A stretch of 64,000 nucleotides of DNA from Oikopleura dioica. Lineage: Eukaryota > Animalia > Chordata. Within the stretch, counting starts at the first letter, position 1, and the number at the start of each line of letters is the position of its first letter. This document shows positions 25,605-39,200 of this stretch, in pieces. The stretch lies in NCBI GenBank assembly GCA_907165135.1, contig OU015568.1, positions 9,982,001 to 10,046,000 of the forward strand, given 5' to 3'. The notes below the pieces were generated by a model, which ran no database searches, was not told the origin of the DNA, and worked only from the letters and a program-made list of their open reading frames with translations. A program made the position numbers and the translations under genes.

Positions 25605-28600
25605 ATGGGAAGAATATCAAAAGTTAAAAAAATCCGCTTTTTACAGAGATATCTAGCTAAACACAGACGAATGCGAACTCTAGCCGAGTTTCATAAAAAA
25701 GTCAAAAAGGACATGAAGGAGGGAAGAATCATTCTTCGCGATTTTGCCCCGGTAACTTACTTAAAACCCGATAAAACTTGCATTTCTGAAAAATAGTAAT
25801 ATTTCGTGAAATAATTTCTTTCAATAACGACTTGCAATAACTTGGCTATGAAATATTAACGGTTTTTTGTGCGATTTTTTTTTTGATAAAATCAGTTTTC
25901 GAATCTCCAATTGAACCAAAACGTCACTTATTTTGCCCAAAACGGAGCTGGCGCGGCACTTTTGGAAATTTTCGCCTTTCAGTTTTTATTTTTCAGAAGA
26001 GTCTGAATCCCTCAGAAATGAAAATCGATGAGAACAAGGAGAAAAAACACGAAGATGAGGACGTCGAAAATGGCGTGGAACATGGCAGCGATGATTCAGA
26101 GAATCTGGAAGAGTCGACCGATTCCGCCGATAATAAATTTACACCTGTAAGGAGAAAATCACTTGTCAATGCGTTATATCTTTTTCAGGAGCAGAAAAAA
26201 TGTCTTCGGAGAATAGAGGAGGTGCACGATGAATTCAAAGCCTCGGCGGAGCAAAGTCTGGAAAAGAATTTCGCTCGGAAAATTCAAAAGAATAAACGAA
26301 AGTGCGCCAGGTCGAGAGAAATGATGAAAAAAGAGGATAGATCGTCGCATCATCCTCATCACAAACTAAATGACGGTTACATGTTACCTGTCAATGAAAA
26401 TGTAAGATCCAGAAAGTGATGCGATGAAAGCTGACTTGACTATTTTTAGGCGCGGCCGAGTCTGTTCCGAAGCACGCTAACGAACAAAATCACCGATCGA
26501 ACTCGGCATCAGCAGCTTCCCGAGTTGAAGAGCCTTCCGAACTCGATCAACTGGCTTCCCTTGTCGCACAACTTCAAGAGCGAGGACTCGCAAGGCATCA
26601 CGCACATCCCCTACATGGGCGACAATCTGGACTACGAATTCGTCGAAGATCTAATCGCTATCCACGGCAATGTAAATACCACTTTCCAGACACTTCACAG
26701 AGACGTCGAAATTCTGGCCATAATCAAAAAAGTCTTTGAACAAGAAAAAGTCAGCTTCGAACATGCAGATCTTGAGGACGTTCGGAATGAGAACTTGATG
26801 CTGCTGATAGGCAAAATTCTCGGCTGCACAGATGAGAAGATTAAATCGGTGATAGAAACGGCCAGACTAGATACGAAGCTCAAAAACTTACCTTCAATAG
26901 GAAATTGCTCCAAAAATAATCGAAAGCCGCAAGCGGTTTCTCCGATCACAAATCATGTATATCCATTTTGAAGCAAAACTAAGACAATGACAATTTCTCC
27001 GAAAAACAAATCGGCCCGGCCGGACTGATGTCTTCCTTTCGCGAAATTTTCTGCTATCGCTGCTCAAAATACGACTGCTTTCTTCACAGCGGCGAGCAAA
27101 AGCCTGAAATTGAGCATCTCATGGAAAAGTCGAACAAGGAGAATAAATTAAGTGATCGAGGATTCAATAGAATCGCGGAAGAAGCATGTGGAGAAGACTG
27201 CTTTTTGCATGTTGAGGGGCTCGGAAAATGCGTTTCTAATATTCAACGGGTAAGGACAAAATGGCTGAAACTCTCATTTGAGGAAAAATTCAAGGGAAAG
27301 AAAAAGTCCATGACAATGGAAGAGGAAGAAGAGTACAAAGAATCGGTCAACTTCGCGATGGAATTCCTCAAATCTCAAGAAAACTCGCCTCCGTGGAAAG
27401 ACAACGATTTAATCATACTCGCGAAGCTGAAAGAAATGTACAAAACAAACTTTTGTTCGATGGCGCAAATGTTGATTGGTAGCAGGAAAACCTGCCTGGA
27501 TGTTTGCGTGCAGGTTCTGAAGATGTGTACGGCTCCAGCTAGCGACGGGGAAAAGATTGTGATTGCCAATTTGGAAAGTATCAAAGATTTTTCGCCGGTA
27601 AAGAGGAAATCCGCCGGCCCAGCTAGGAAAAAAGTCATGAAGGTACGTTTTCCGTTCATTTTCTTTATATCGAGCTTGTTGTAGCACAAGAATCAAGTGA
27701 ACCAACACCATTACGAGCCGTGCGACCATCCAGGATACCCCTGCACTGCTGCTAGATGCACTTGTGTCCAAAGAGGCAACTTCTGCGAGAAATTTTGCAT
27801 TTGCGATTCAAAGTGTCACCATCGCTTTCCCGGCTGCAATTGCAAAACTGACTGTGGAACAAAATGTAAACCGAACCCCATTTTTTTCAATATCTAATTT
27901 CATTTTAGCGTGCCCATGTTTTGCTGCTCAGCGAGAATGCGATCCCGACATTTGCTTCTCTTGCAAGTCGTATATGCCAATGACCGAGGTTCGAAACGGA
28001 AACTGTCGAAATGTCTCGCTTCAACAAGGCTTCAAAAAGCATCTTCTCGCGGCGCCATCTGATGTTGCTGGCTGGGGATGTTTCCTAAAGGTTTAACGTC
28101 AACGAAACGATCCGTCTAAACCTTTGTTAGGATACTGCCGAAAAAGGCGACTTGATTTCCGAGTACTGTGGCGAAATCATCACCCAATACGAAGGCGATC
28201 GACGAGGAAAGCTCTACGATAAGAAATCGTGCTCATTTCTTTTCGATCTCAACAGTGACTATTGCGTTGATGCCGCTAGAAAGGTAGTTTTCCTTGTTTT
28301 TGATGATTTGTATAGAGGATTTTAGGGAAACAAGATTCGATACGCAAATCACAGCTTGTATCCAAACTGCGAGTGTCGAATCATGCGAGTGAATGGCGAC
28401 CACCGAATTGGTATCTTTGCAAAAAAGGTAAGAACAAAAACTTATAAGAAAAATCATCAAATGATTTGCAGGATATCAAACTTGGAGAAGAACTTTTCTT
28501 CAACTACCGCTACAGCGAGGAAGACAACGCCAAGTACGTCGGTGTCGAACGCGTCGGCAAAAATAAAAACAAGAAAGGAGCGAAAGGCGGAGGAGGAGCT

Positions 28601-28714
28601 AATGGCGGCGCGGCGAAGAAGTCCTCTCGCCCAGCGAAGAAAGCATCAACTGGCAAGAATGGCAATGTTGCAGCGGCTCAACCGACTTCGCGAAAACGAA
28701 AGCACGAAAATTGA
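25605..28714 (+). CDS. EZH2: Enhancer of zeste / EZH1-2 H3K27 methyltransferase
   Basis: [22 protein letters not shown]; [13 protein letters not shown]; CXC domain ([31 protein letters not shown]...RECDPD.C); SET domain [50 protein letters not shown]. The first exon (25605-~25750) is less certain. Confidence 0.95.
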
Positions 28715-28886
28715 TTTTTATATAAATTGTATAACAAATAGGCGAATTTTAAATCTATCAAAAGAAAAATCACTAGAAATTTTACAGATAAACACAACTG
28801 CCAACTTTTCACTTCACTTTTAATTAAAATTTAAAACTGCCAAATAAAGAACTATTTATTCAAGTCCCTTGTCTTTCAGAATAGAG

Positions 28887-30180
28887 ATGAGCGTAAAAAG
28901 TGAGGTAGCAAGAGTAGAAGGGGTCGGGCCAAACGGTTGTCGATTCTGGACGGAAAAGAAAAAACGCTTTTGTAAAATGGTTGCGAAGGAAGGAGCGGAG
29001 TTCTGCGGCCAGCACATGCAAGATAATTTGAGGCGGAAGTGCGTGTATTGCAAGAGTATGATTGAAGACTCGCGCATGGCAAAACACATGAAAAAGTGCA
29101 ACATCTACACTCAAAGTCTCGTCAAACCAAAATACTACAACGAAAAAGTCAACCTCGACAAGACCAAACTAACAGAGGAAGATTTGAAACATGCGAATAT
29201 GAAGCTGACTGATTTTGAAGTCGAAGATGTCAAGAAAATCGTTGAGCTCTTGAAAGACGGAAAAGTCGAAAATTTTTCGAGAAGGGAAAACTTTCAACCG
29301 AGCTTTTTCAAAAATCTGGAGGAGGAAATCGAAGCGAATAAAGGTAATGCGAAAGTTCTCAAGCATCTGATGCAGCAAAGTTCATTATTGGAGATTATGG
29401 ATAAAGAGGGTCTTCTTACTAATGGAAATTGCTTCATTGAGCTTGGAGCAGGGACAGGAGGATTGTCAGAGAAAGTGGCTGAAGCACTAGGTGATTATTT
29501 TGAATAAGATATCTTATCCTATAGGGAGTTTCACATGTTCTATTTGAAGATAAGTCAAAATTCATCATCGTTGATCGAGGAAGCTTCAGGAAGAAAAAAG
29601 AAAACGCATTTCTCAATGACGGGCGGAATGCTTTTGAACGAGTGAAGGGAGATATCGCTGACTTTGATCCAAAGCTCCTTCCCAAATCTTCAGACGAAAA
29701 TTCTCAAAGTCTTACTATCTCCATCGCAAAACATCTCTGCGGCTCGGCCACCGATTTGGCGATTGAGTGCGCCACGAGGATTGAAAATTTCGGCGGTATT
29801 CTTGTTGCAAGGTCAGTTTTCGACCTTCTTATATATAAGTTATGTTTTATAGCTGCTGTCATCATAAATGTGCTTGGCAGAGTTTTTCCTCACGCGAGTT
29901 GCTTCACGAAAATTTTAAATCTTCAAAGAGATTCCGCTTGCTGACTCTTCTGAGTTCCTGGTTCACCTGTGGGTTTCAGAAAAGCGATGATACTTCTGAA
30001 AAAGACAAGTATGGACTGACAGTTGACGAGAAAATCGAAGTTGGAGCCTTGGCAAAAGCTGTTATTGATAATGCGAGGAGGGATTATTTGTTGAAAACGT
30101 TTCCTCATCTGACTGCGAAAACTCTTCAGTACTGTAGCCTTGAGACAAGTTTGGAAAGTTCTGCTATCGTTCTCTCTTAA
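28887..30180 (+). CDS. TRMT13: tRNA:m(4)X modification enzyme TRM13
   Basis: N-terminal CCCH (CRFWTEKKKRFCKM..FCGQH) and CHHC zinc fingers, FIELGAGTGGLS, IAKHLCGSATDL and CCHHKC. Confidence 0.93.
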
Positions 30181-30210
30181 TACTGTTGATTCAAATCGTT
30201 TTTGTTAAGA

Positions 30211-31783
30211 ATGAAAGAGCTGCTTGAAGAGCTCTATGAGCTGTATGAAAAAAATGTAAACGCGCCGACTCGCGAGAAGACTCTCACTGCCATTTCAGCT
30301 CATCCAAAAGGGACCGTCCTTGCCCAGCTTGTACTCGAGCGCGCAGATGCAGCTGTTTTTCTATCGGCGAAAAATCAACTGCTTCCAAAAAGAGAGGGCG
30401 ACGAATACGGGCCTTTCGATTTTTTGCTAGAAGCGCCAGCTTGCAAGAGGATCTTAAGAGTGATGGCAAGGGAAAATTACGTAATCGATCTGCTGAAAGA
30501 TGAGTTCAAGCGAAGATACAAGAATGAACCTCAAAGCTTGTCTGACATTGTCAGAATTCTTGCCGATCTTGAAAAAATAAATGAAGAATCCTTGGTTCCT
30601 AAAGCGAGTTTTCACTTTCAACCAAAACCCGGTCAATATATCAAACTAGGAAGTGACTGGATTGTATCCGACTCAATCATTGATGGCGAAAATGTCTGCA
30701 ACCATGCCGTAGGCACGAGGGCATGGTTCGAATCGCATCTATCCATCCTTGTAGATGCTGCGAGGATGAATGTTTATAAGATTTTACGATCAAATGGCAT
30801 CACCTTAAAGCAGTTGGAGTTTCCATACGTTTCACATAATTTTATCTTCTTGGAACCGTTTCTTATTGCAGATTTATGTGATTCAGCGAACTTTCGTGTT
30901 TTCAATCTTCTGGAACCAAGTGAATTTGCGAATCGCAGCGCTGCAAGTGCAATGAAGATCAGCAAAGAAGCTGATGGAAAAGAAGCTAATGGGTTCAGTT
31001 TTCTCTGGTGTCCAAGTTACAGGACCGATAATCGTGTAAATGGAAAACTTCGTGAAAGCGTCCTCTTTCCAGCTATCTGGAAAGACCCCAGTCAATCGAG
31101 CATTTTTATTGAGTGTATTCGCTTCGGAAGATCATCGATGAAGGTTGTTTGGAAGAAAAAACTGTATGTGCCTTATGGAATTTCGGAAGATTCTGAACTG
31201 CTCAGTCTATTGGATCCCGATAACTATGTTTTGATGGTCAAAGAAAAAGAAGGGCACCTGTTCCATATTTGGCACATCATTCTGTCAAAACAAAAAGTAA
31301 TTCATTATGCTCGACGAACTTCAGTGGAGAGAGTCAGTTTTTTCATGTTTGGAGAGCGTCTTGGAATGAAATTTAAAGTTGACAATGGTTCTTATGACAT
31401 CATCGGAGCTTTTACTGGTGAAGAGAACGAGAACATAGAGGTAATTTGCTTTCTCTATGATGATGGAAAACACTCTATTGCGGCATGGTATGACGGTATT
31501 CAGTGGAGAAACGAAAAGACACTGAAAAATTGGGCAATAAGCTTTCAGGATATAAAGGAATTTATCAATGATGAAAACGAGAAAAAAATATATACTACGA
31601 AAAAAATAGATGGCATCGTTGTAAAGAAGCCCATCATCCACAGCGGTAAGCTCTCAATAAATGATTACTTAATTTATCTTGTTTTTATAAGGCCTCTCCG
31701 TTGTAGAAGAAAGAACATTTTGGGTCGAATCTCGATCGAAGATTGGACGTGCTATTGGAGAAAAGATAGAAATATTTATCTAA
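30211..31783 (+). CDS. Uncharacterised ~510-aa protein (orphan)
   Basis: Long ORF with ATG after an AG acceptor (ttaag|aATG). A 46-bp GT-AG intron at 31646-31691 changes the C-terminus to ...GEKIEIFI*. No family recognised. Confidence 0.75.
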
Positions 31784-31922
31784 CTTTATTCTTCATCTAC
31801 TGGAAAGTTCACTGAAAAATCACTAGACTAGACTTCAGACTGCCGAGCTTTAATTATAATTGTCTGTCACTACCTTGTTAACTTACATTCGATTAAATTA
31901 AGAAATGAATGCAAATTGAAAC

Positions 31923-34900
31923 ATGGAGAATTATATAATTTACGAGGAAATCGGCAAAGGCGAGGCGACGACAGTCTACAAGGGTCGAAGAAAAGAAACG
32001 ATCAATTTTGTCGCTGTCTTGTCAATTCAAAAATCTCGAAGGGCAGCGGTCACAAACTGGGTCAGAATCGCACATCAAATATCCGACGAGTATGTCGTCC
32101 AGTTTCACGAGTGGTACGAAACCACAAATCATCTCTGGCTAGTTCTCGAGCTATGCACTGGTGGATCGCTTCAAGACATTCTCGATCAGGACGAAAGGCT
32201 ACCGTTGTCCGAAATCAAGAAAATGGCACTTGACATTTGCCGTGGCGTTCATCAGCTTCATAAAAACGACATTTGCGTTGGCGATCTTTCTCCAAGTCGA
32301 CTTCTTCTGGACGGACCAGGAGTTGTCAAGCTCAATAATCTTTCCTGCGCTCATTTTGAAAGCGAAGAAATCGAGGCAATTTACCAAAGCGTTGTTGATG
32401 AAATCACTCAGGGAATTGAAGCAGATTCTCTCGATGAAGGAGGTGACAGCGCTTTTACCAATCCTATCCGTAACATCGCTCATCACTCGCCCCAAGCTCT
32501 CGTTGGTCACGTGACATTGCCAGCAGACATTTGGAGCTTGGGCTCGATTCTGTATAGAATGTTTGCTGGGCAACTGATGTACCAGGGCGAAGAAATAGAC
32601 GATGTTCTCATGCAAATAAAAAAAGAATCACCAAAATCGAAAATCGATGCTTTGAAAAATCTTGACGAAAACGCGAAGCCCGAAGAATTCGAAAACTTCA
32701 AACATCTTCTTTTATCACTTCTTCAATATGATATCGAGAAACGACCGACGATCGAAACGGTCCTTGATCATCCGTTTTGGGGAAAAAAAGTTGCCAAAAA
32801 AGAAAACGAAAATTCGTTGTCTTCAACAAGTAAATCCGACTTCGGTACGCCGAAGGGATCGAAAAATCCTCAAGAAACCGCGAAGAGAGATGAAACTGAT
32901 GCTGAAAAGACATTGACTCAAAGCATGATGGACAGAAGCATCGATATTCAGCCAGAAAACAGTCTAAGGAGACAGAAAACAGAGTTACTAAAGAGTGTCA
33001 ATTCTAGGAGAGCTTCAAAGTCCCTCGTATCTGCGTCGGTTGTGGACATGGGAATACAAGAATCAGCTACTGTTCCTACCCAGTCGCTTACAAGAATTTC
33101 CGCGATGTCATCCCAGAATCTCGATGAAACAGAAATCTCAATCATGGAAAATATGCCGGCGAAAAAGAGAACCCTAAGCGCAGGCCAGCCCCTGAACAAG
33201 TCCGTCTTTAACATGAATGAAAAACCTTCTCTTTCTGAGATGATGATTCATAAATCAGAAAACCCAGATCCCGAATCGTTCTTGAACAAGCAGCGCAAAA
33301 CGAACTCTGCAACAGCTGATACGAAATATTTACCAGAGGATATCTCGAAGCTCGATTTGGAAGAAGTTTCCGAAGAAAAACAATGGAAGAGCATCTTTTC
33401 TTTGATCAATAACACGGTTCAAGAATCCTCGGCAAAAGTTCTCATCGCAACTCTGAATTGGTTGTCCAACGAACTTCCGAAATCGACAGAATTCTCTCGT
33501 CGATTTTGGCTTGAAGCTCAACTAATCAGCACTTTCTCCAAAAATATCAGACAATCAAATGAGCACAGAGGTCGATTTGCAAGAGTATTTGCAGTAGCTG
33601 CGATTTCAGCTGAGAGTCGACTAGATTTTGAAGATTCCACAACAGAAAAGAACTTCAAAGATGCGCTTTTATCTCTTGCTGATTCCTTGAGAGAGCAGTT
33701 TTCGAGAAATGGCAAGCAAAAATTGCAGCTTCTTTCACCTCTCGGACAGATGCTTCTGATAACCGCAAAAATCGAAAGTATTGAACGTCCGAATTCAGAA
33801 ACAGCTACAGCTCCAGTTCTTTGCCCACCACCTTGTTATTCCTTGGTCACTCGTTGCTTGAGCGTTGGGGAAGAGAGCCAGGTTCAATCCGCTGCAGCAC
33901 AAATAATCGAAAATCATGTATTCTTGAGCCCACGCTCACGGTTTTGCCACTCTGGGACTGAAGCTGGTCTTCAACTGTGGTCAATGGCTACCCGTTCATC
34001 TTCGGATACAATAAAGAGTTTCGGATTCAGTGCCCTTGCTCAAGTTTGTTCGAGAACGCCGCTTCAAGCGAACTCAATTCTTGAAAAAATCGGCCTTCCA
34101 AAGTTCTTCGACACCTTGTATGCAGCGCCTCAGAAGTGCCAGTCGCTCATGATGACGATTATCGGCGTCGTCTTTCTCCCAAATCCGAGGGCGAGTTCAC
34201 GAGCCATGGCGAATCGAGTCTGTCAGCATCGTGACATTCACAGCAAGTTGATCCGACTTGCTGACAGTCCTTCCTGGCTTGTAAGAGCGAAAGCGTTTCT
34301 CTGCATGTCTTTGATGCTCCAAAATCAGCCAGAAAATCTGCAGAACATGTGCAAAATGAAACTAGTTGCTGTGGTTGAGCGCGAAGCAAAACGAATCGGA
34401 GGAATCGACGCGGAAGAAAAGACATTCTCTCATTTCTGCCTTGCCAATCTGATCGAACAAGCCAATGCGCTGATCCCTGTTATCGTCTCCTACTGCACTG
34501 AAGCTCTGGAAGATGCTGCTGCTCGAAAACACCCATCAACGGGGCAGTTAAAATCGCTCCGAGAAAAACTACCAGGACTTTCTGTTCTACCGCATTTGAT
34601 GTCGTCCAGCGTTTTCAGACCTTCTTTGATAAGAGAAGAATTTTTGGATAATATTTGCCGTTTGGCGACTCTCTGCTCGGGCGATAATCGCATAGAAAAC
34701 TCGCTTGGGGATGATATCTGGAAGCCTCTTCTGGATTCGATCATTTCCGTATTCGAAGTGACTTGCGCTCGACCTGAATTGTTGTCTTCAAATCATTCCA
34801 TCATTCAAGGTATATCTTTAACTCGACTTTGGTATAAGTTTTCGTTTAGCCGCGATTCCCATGCTGATAATGATGATACTTACAGAAGACAACTCCAAAA

Positions 34901-36168
34901 TGCTCTACATGAAACTATTATCGGAAATTTTGGCCATTCGAGCTGATCTAATCGATCATGGAGAAAATGAAGGCGAAATTGACATCAGTTATGAAAAGTT
35001 GGAAAAACTTGTTGATAGCTTTCCCCAAGTAGGTCCAATTTTATAGATTTTATCAAATTTTTTCATCTAGTTTTTGCTTTCTGACACTCCTTTGCCTCTT
35101 CTGACACTAAAATCGCTTCACCACCTGGCAATAATCTCTCCAAACGAATTCGTTAAAATCCTACCACGGTCTGGAGTGTTGGAAGTACTCGTCACTCTGA
35201 CGGAAATTCAAATGACAGAGAAAGCCGAGCAATCCTTGCAAAAAGCACTCATGTCGATTCTCACACAGATCTGGAATTTTCATTCGGAAGCAATTGTAAG
35301 AACATTATTGGATAATGATATCCTCGAGGTATGGTCAAGCAATGCCAAATGGAAGTATTGTAATCAATTTTAGCATACAATCAAGTTCGTCACTTCCGTC
35401 GAGGATTTCGATTACGATTTGCTTCTTGAGATCTTTAGGACGTGTCGAGCGATGGTCCAGGCTGTGTCCGAATTCGTAAAAGTGGCATTGAAAGCGAAAA
35501 ATCAAAATGCCCCAGCTCAAGGTACTGTAGTTTCCGTTTTAAGGCATAAACAAAAGCGGTCTTTTAGTCTTACGATCGACAGGAAAAATGGCTGACTTCC
35601 TTCTTCACCGCTGTGCCACACTTGAAGGCCTTATTCCCTTTATTCTTCAAAATTTTGAGTTCCCACCTGTTGCCTCTTCAATAGAAACAGTAAAAGATGA
35701 TAGAGAAAAATCTTCAGAACTAGTCAGTCTAGCTTGCTCAACAGGTAAAAATCCCGCTGGATATCCCGGTAGTCATCCTTGATTTCAGTCTCACTCACTG
35801 TTCACATGTGGGGCGCAGAGAGCTGCCAAAACCTTTACAATAAAGAGAATCTCGACCAGCTGGTGATTTTGCTCGAAGTTGGAAACACGAGAAATCAAAG
35901 ACTGGTTCTCAAGCTTCTCCGGAAGTCAATTCAAAATAAATCTGCCCAGGCGAAAATCGCTGCACATTCGAAAACTGTCTCCCAAGTAAGTTTTATACCC
36001 AAGATATATTTTGTCACTAAGGCACTTGAATTGATCCTAGAAGCGAGAAATTGTTTTATGCAAGCTCGGCAGAATTTTAAGTCTTCTTTTTAGATAAAAA
36101 CTCTATCTGCCTCATCCACTCAAGATATTCAACTACTGGCTAGCGAGATATTACACACCCTTCTTTAG
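31923..36168 (+). CDS. ULK4: ULK4 pseudokinase with ARM/HEAT C-terminus
   Basis: MENYIIYEEIGKG..VYKGRRKETINFVAV..TNWVR..FHEWYETTNHLWLVLELCTGGSL. The VAIK lysine is replaced (VAVL), as typical of ULK4. Canonical introns lead to TAG at 36166-36168. Confidence 0.95.
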
Positions 36169-36295
36169 CAAAAGTGACCTTTCAACCTGTTTATGCTGTA
36201 TCCAAAACTTTTATAATTCTTTATTCGAAAAATTTATTTTTCTAAAAAATAAATCTCGATCAAAGAGGTTTTAGAAGTCGAAAAAGTTAATCATC

Positions 36296-39200
36296 ATGGT
36301 CGTGGTTGGGGAAGAACTCTTTCTCAAGATCACCATGTGTGATACAAATGAAAAGTTTGAAGCGATCCTCGACAAATATCTCGTCGATATCATAAACGAC
36401 ATCAGTAAGGTACTCAGTTTATGCAAAGGGTCAATTGATATTTCTCTTCAAAAGTTGTACGACAAGAAAAAGCACTCGAGATCATTTCTCACATAAGAAG
36501 TCGCGTAAAATCACTGGAAACAGTTCAACTGCCCGTCGCGCCGCTTTTTGACTTGTTCGAAAGTACATCTTCGCCGCCTGTGAAAATGTTTTCTTCTATG
36601 TTTTTGAAGATCGGCATTGCTCGAATGCAGAGCATGGAAGAGCTGGAAAATGTCATTATCAGATGCCTACTTCAAAAGATCTTCCCTTCATGAGTCAGTG
36701 GTCACTGAACTTTCATAGAATTTTGAACACAACGGGAAAAGAAGAGTCCTGCAAGATCATTCAAAAGCACGTGTCCAAGCTCAGAGGAAAGTTCTCAGAC
36801 GAAGACTGGCCTACATTTCTCACTCGATTCGCGACCTTTATCAAATTTATCCTTGTTTCCGACTTGAGCCCTCTTTGTATTTTATCGCCGAAAGAAAAGA
36901 TGGAGATTGCTCAATCCCGGCTCAATCAAATTACGCGCAAGGATGAGATCACGTCAGATCAAAAAATTAAAGAGAAATCGACCATCTGTCATTTCATAAT
37001 CCACTGGACTTATATTTCTGGAAGCGAGCAATTACCTGCAGGAAAAGGGTCGACTACACGTAGATCGAGCTTTATAAAAATATCGAGTTTCCTCCCTTTC
37101 TCAGAATTCAGTCTTCCTCTTCTGAAAATCATCGACTTTCTTCATCCAAAGGGAAACTCAGAAAGCGCTCTCAGATGCCTCAATTACTCGATAGAAGATC
37201 AAAAGATGGTCAACATCCTGTATCAGCTTTTCTTGGGCGAATTGAACCCCGTTTCTGATAAGACACAGATCCACGCCAAAGCACCTGATCGTCTCAAAAT
37301 AAGCATTGCCAAGATGTTATTACGATCATCTTCCGCCGCCAAAACGTTTCCCGCCTCGCTGCAAGTCACTTTCGAACTGCTGAGAGACGACCTAAAATCC
37401 CAAGCTCGAGGAGTAGCCTACGACTGGCTCCATCATCTGAAAGCCGAGTCCGCGATAAACCCTAAGATCGTTCCAATTCTTCTCGAAAGAATTTACAAAA
37501 TCCTCGCTGCAGAGGACTCCACTGACGATGATCGGCTCTTGAATCTCATTCCGTATTTGATCGAGTTAAATGCCGCCGCATTCTCTTCAAAGATTCTTGA
37601 CCTTGTGGATATTTTGCTGAAGGGATTACATCGGACCCCGTCCGTCACAGGAAATAGTTTTGACAGCGTCGAATTCAACAAATAGCGGTTAGGTCAAATG
37701 GAATTTTTCGCTGAAAAATTTGACAACTCAGTTTTCAAAAACAACAGAAAAAGTAACGGAAAGTAAATTCTTTCTCTAAGTACGTAACCAACACTAAGAG
37801 TACTTGATACTAATGGTAGTTGCCCAAATTTAATTACCGGTAGACATCGTTGGATGTCATAACGCACTCTAAATGTTTCTCAATAAACTTGAAAAACCAA
37901 GTCCTTGAAGTACTTGTTCGCCCTTACTTAGTCGAATTGTCGACTTGAATGACGTGTTTTCAAACTTGATAAACAGCACCGATTCTTGCACTGTGTAAAA
38001 TTGGGTCTGCGGATCCACATCGTGAGCGGCTGTTAATGAAGATAAATGGACAATCGCCGCCTGCTGGTAATAAATGGTTTCTAAATTGTCTTTTGGAAGC
38101 TGTTGCGATTCTTGTTCCGTTTGATCCAGACGTGGGGCCACACCGACTCTTCTTGTTGGACACTATCTGCGATGTTAGAGTCCCTGCGGAATCGCGCGAA
38201 TTGGCCGCCAAGTTGCTCGGAATCGTCAAGTTTGAGCCCATTATTGCTTTCTTATCGACGCGAGATAGCATTGTTCCCTCTTTGGAACTCCTTTCGCTCA
38301 TGAAAAAGTCAATTCTCGCGGGAGTGAAGGACCCTCGCTGATGCCGAGTGTGATTGAGAAGGATAATTGGAAAGGCGTTTTTATTGAGTCGTTAAAAGCA
38401 TATGAAGAAGGGATGATTGTTAGCTTGCAGAAAATTCTCCTCAACTTCAGTCAGATTGGAAACACTCTGACCAGCTCAGAGCAGATTCTGAGCCAGCTGG
38501 AGCTTCTGGAATGCACAGTTCGAGCAAAGCGCCCACTTGAGTCCTCTGAATTCATCGTCAAAACCGTCAATACTTTCCGCCCAGAGAAGATCTGTCAGTT
38601 CCTCCAAGGCCACTCGTTCGCTATCAACATGGCGGCCTCGTCACTACTCGCGACGCAAATGAAAAAGACGGATTTCGCCACATACGCGCCGTTATTCGAA
38701 TTCGACGAGAAGGTGGATGGGGCACGAAAATCCGCTTTTCAAATGGCCTTGGCGGTCTACTGCGGTCGCATGCAGGAACTGAGATAAGAATTTTTCGATT
38801 CCTTTTTCAAGAAATCGTGCGTTGCATGAACCGCTAATTGGGATCCAGTCTTTTTTATCGCGAGATTGAATATAACTTTTTCAGTTGATAAGGAATTCGG
38901 GTGACTAGTTGTCACGTAAAACTACACGTGACTTTCCAGTACCTTAATTTCACTAAAGATAACAGTCGAATTTTCGGTCGAAGTCTGAGTTGTGACATTT
39001 CTTATTCGGAAAAAGGATGACGAGAGTATGTTACGGTCGATCGAATTAATCCAGAGTATGATGGACAACCCGTGGACGAGTCACTCTGGCGTTGTTCTCG
39101 AGCGCCTGTTAACATGCTTGGGCTACGTTTCCTCCCGTGTTCAGATTGAAAAAAGCCTGGTGGAGCAGACTGGCAAATGTCTCTCACATGAACATGAAAA

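Noticed and set aside
29491-29548. Suspected non-canonical intron in TRMT13
   Set aside because: A canonical GT-AG solution (AEAL|DKSKF) fits the homologue.
31923-32790. Missing catalytic residues in the ULK4 kinase domain
   Set aside because: ULK4 is an established pseudokinase; expected.
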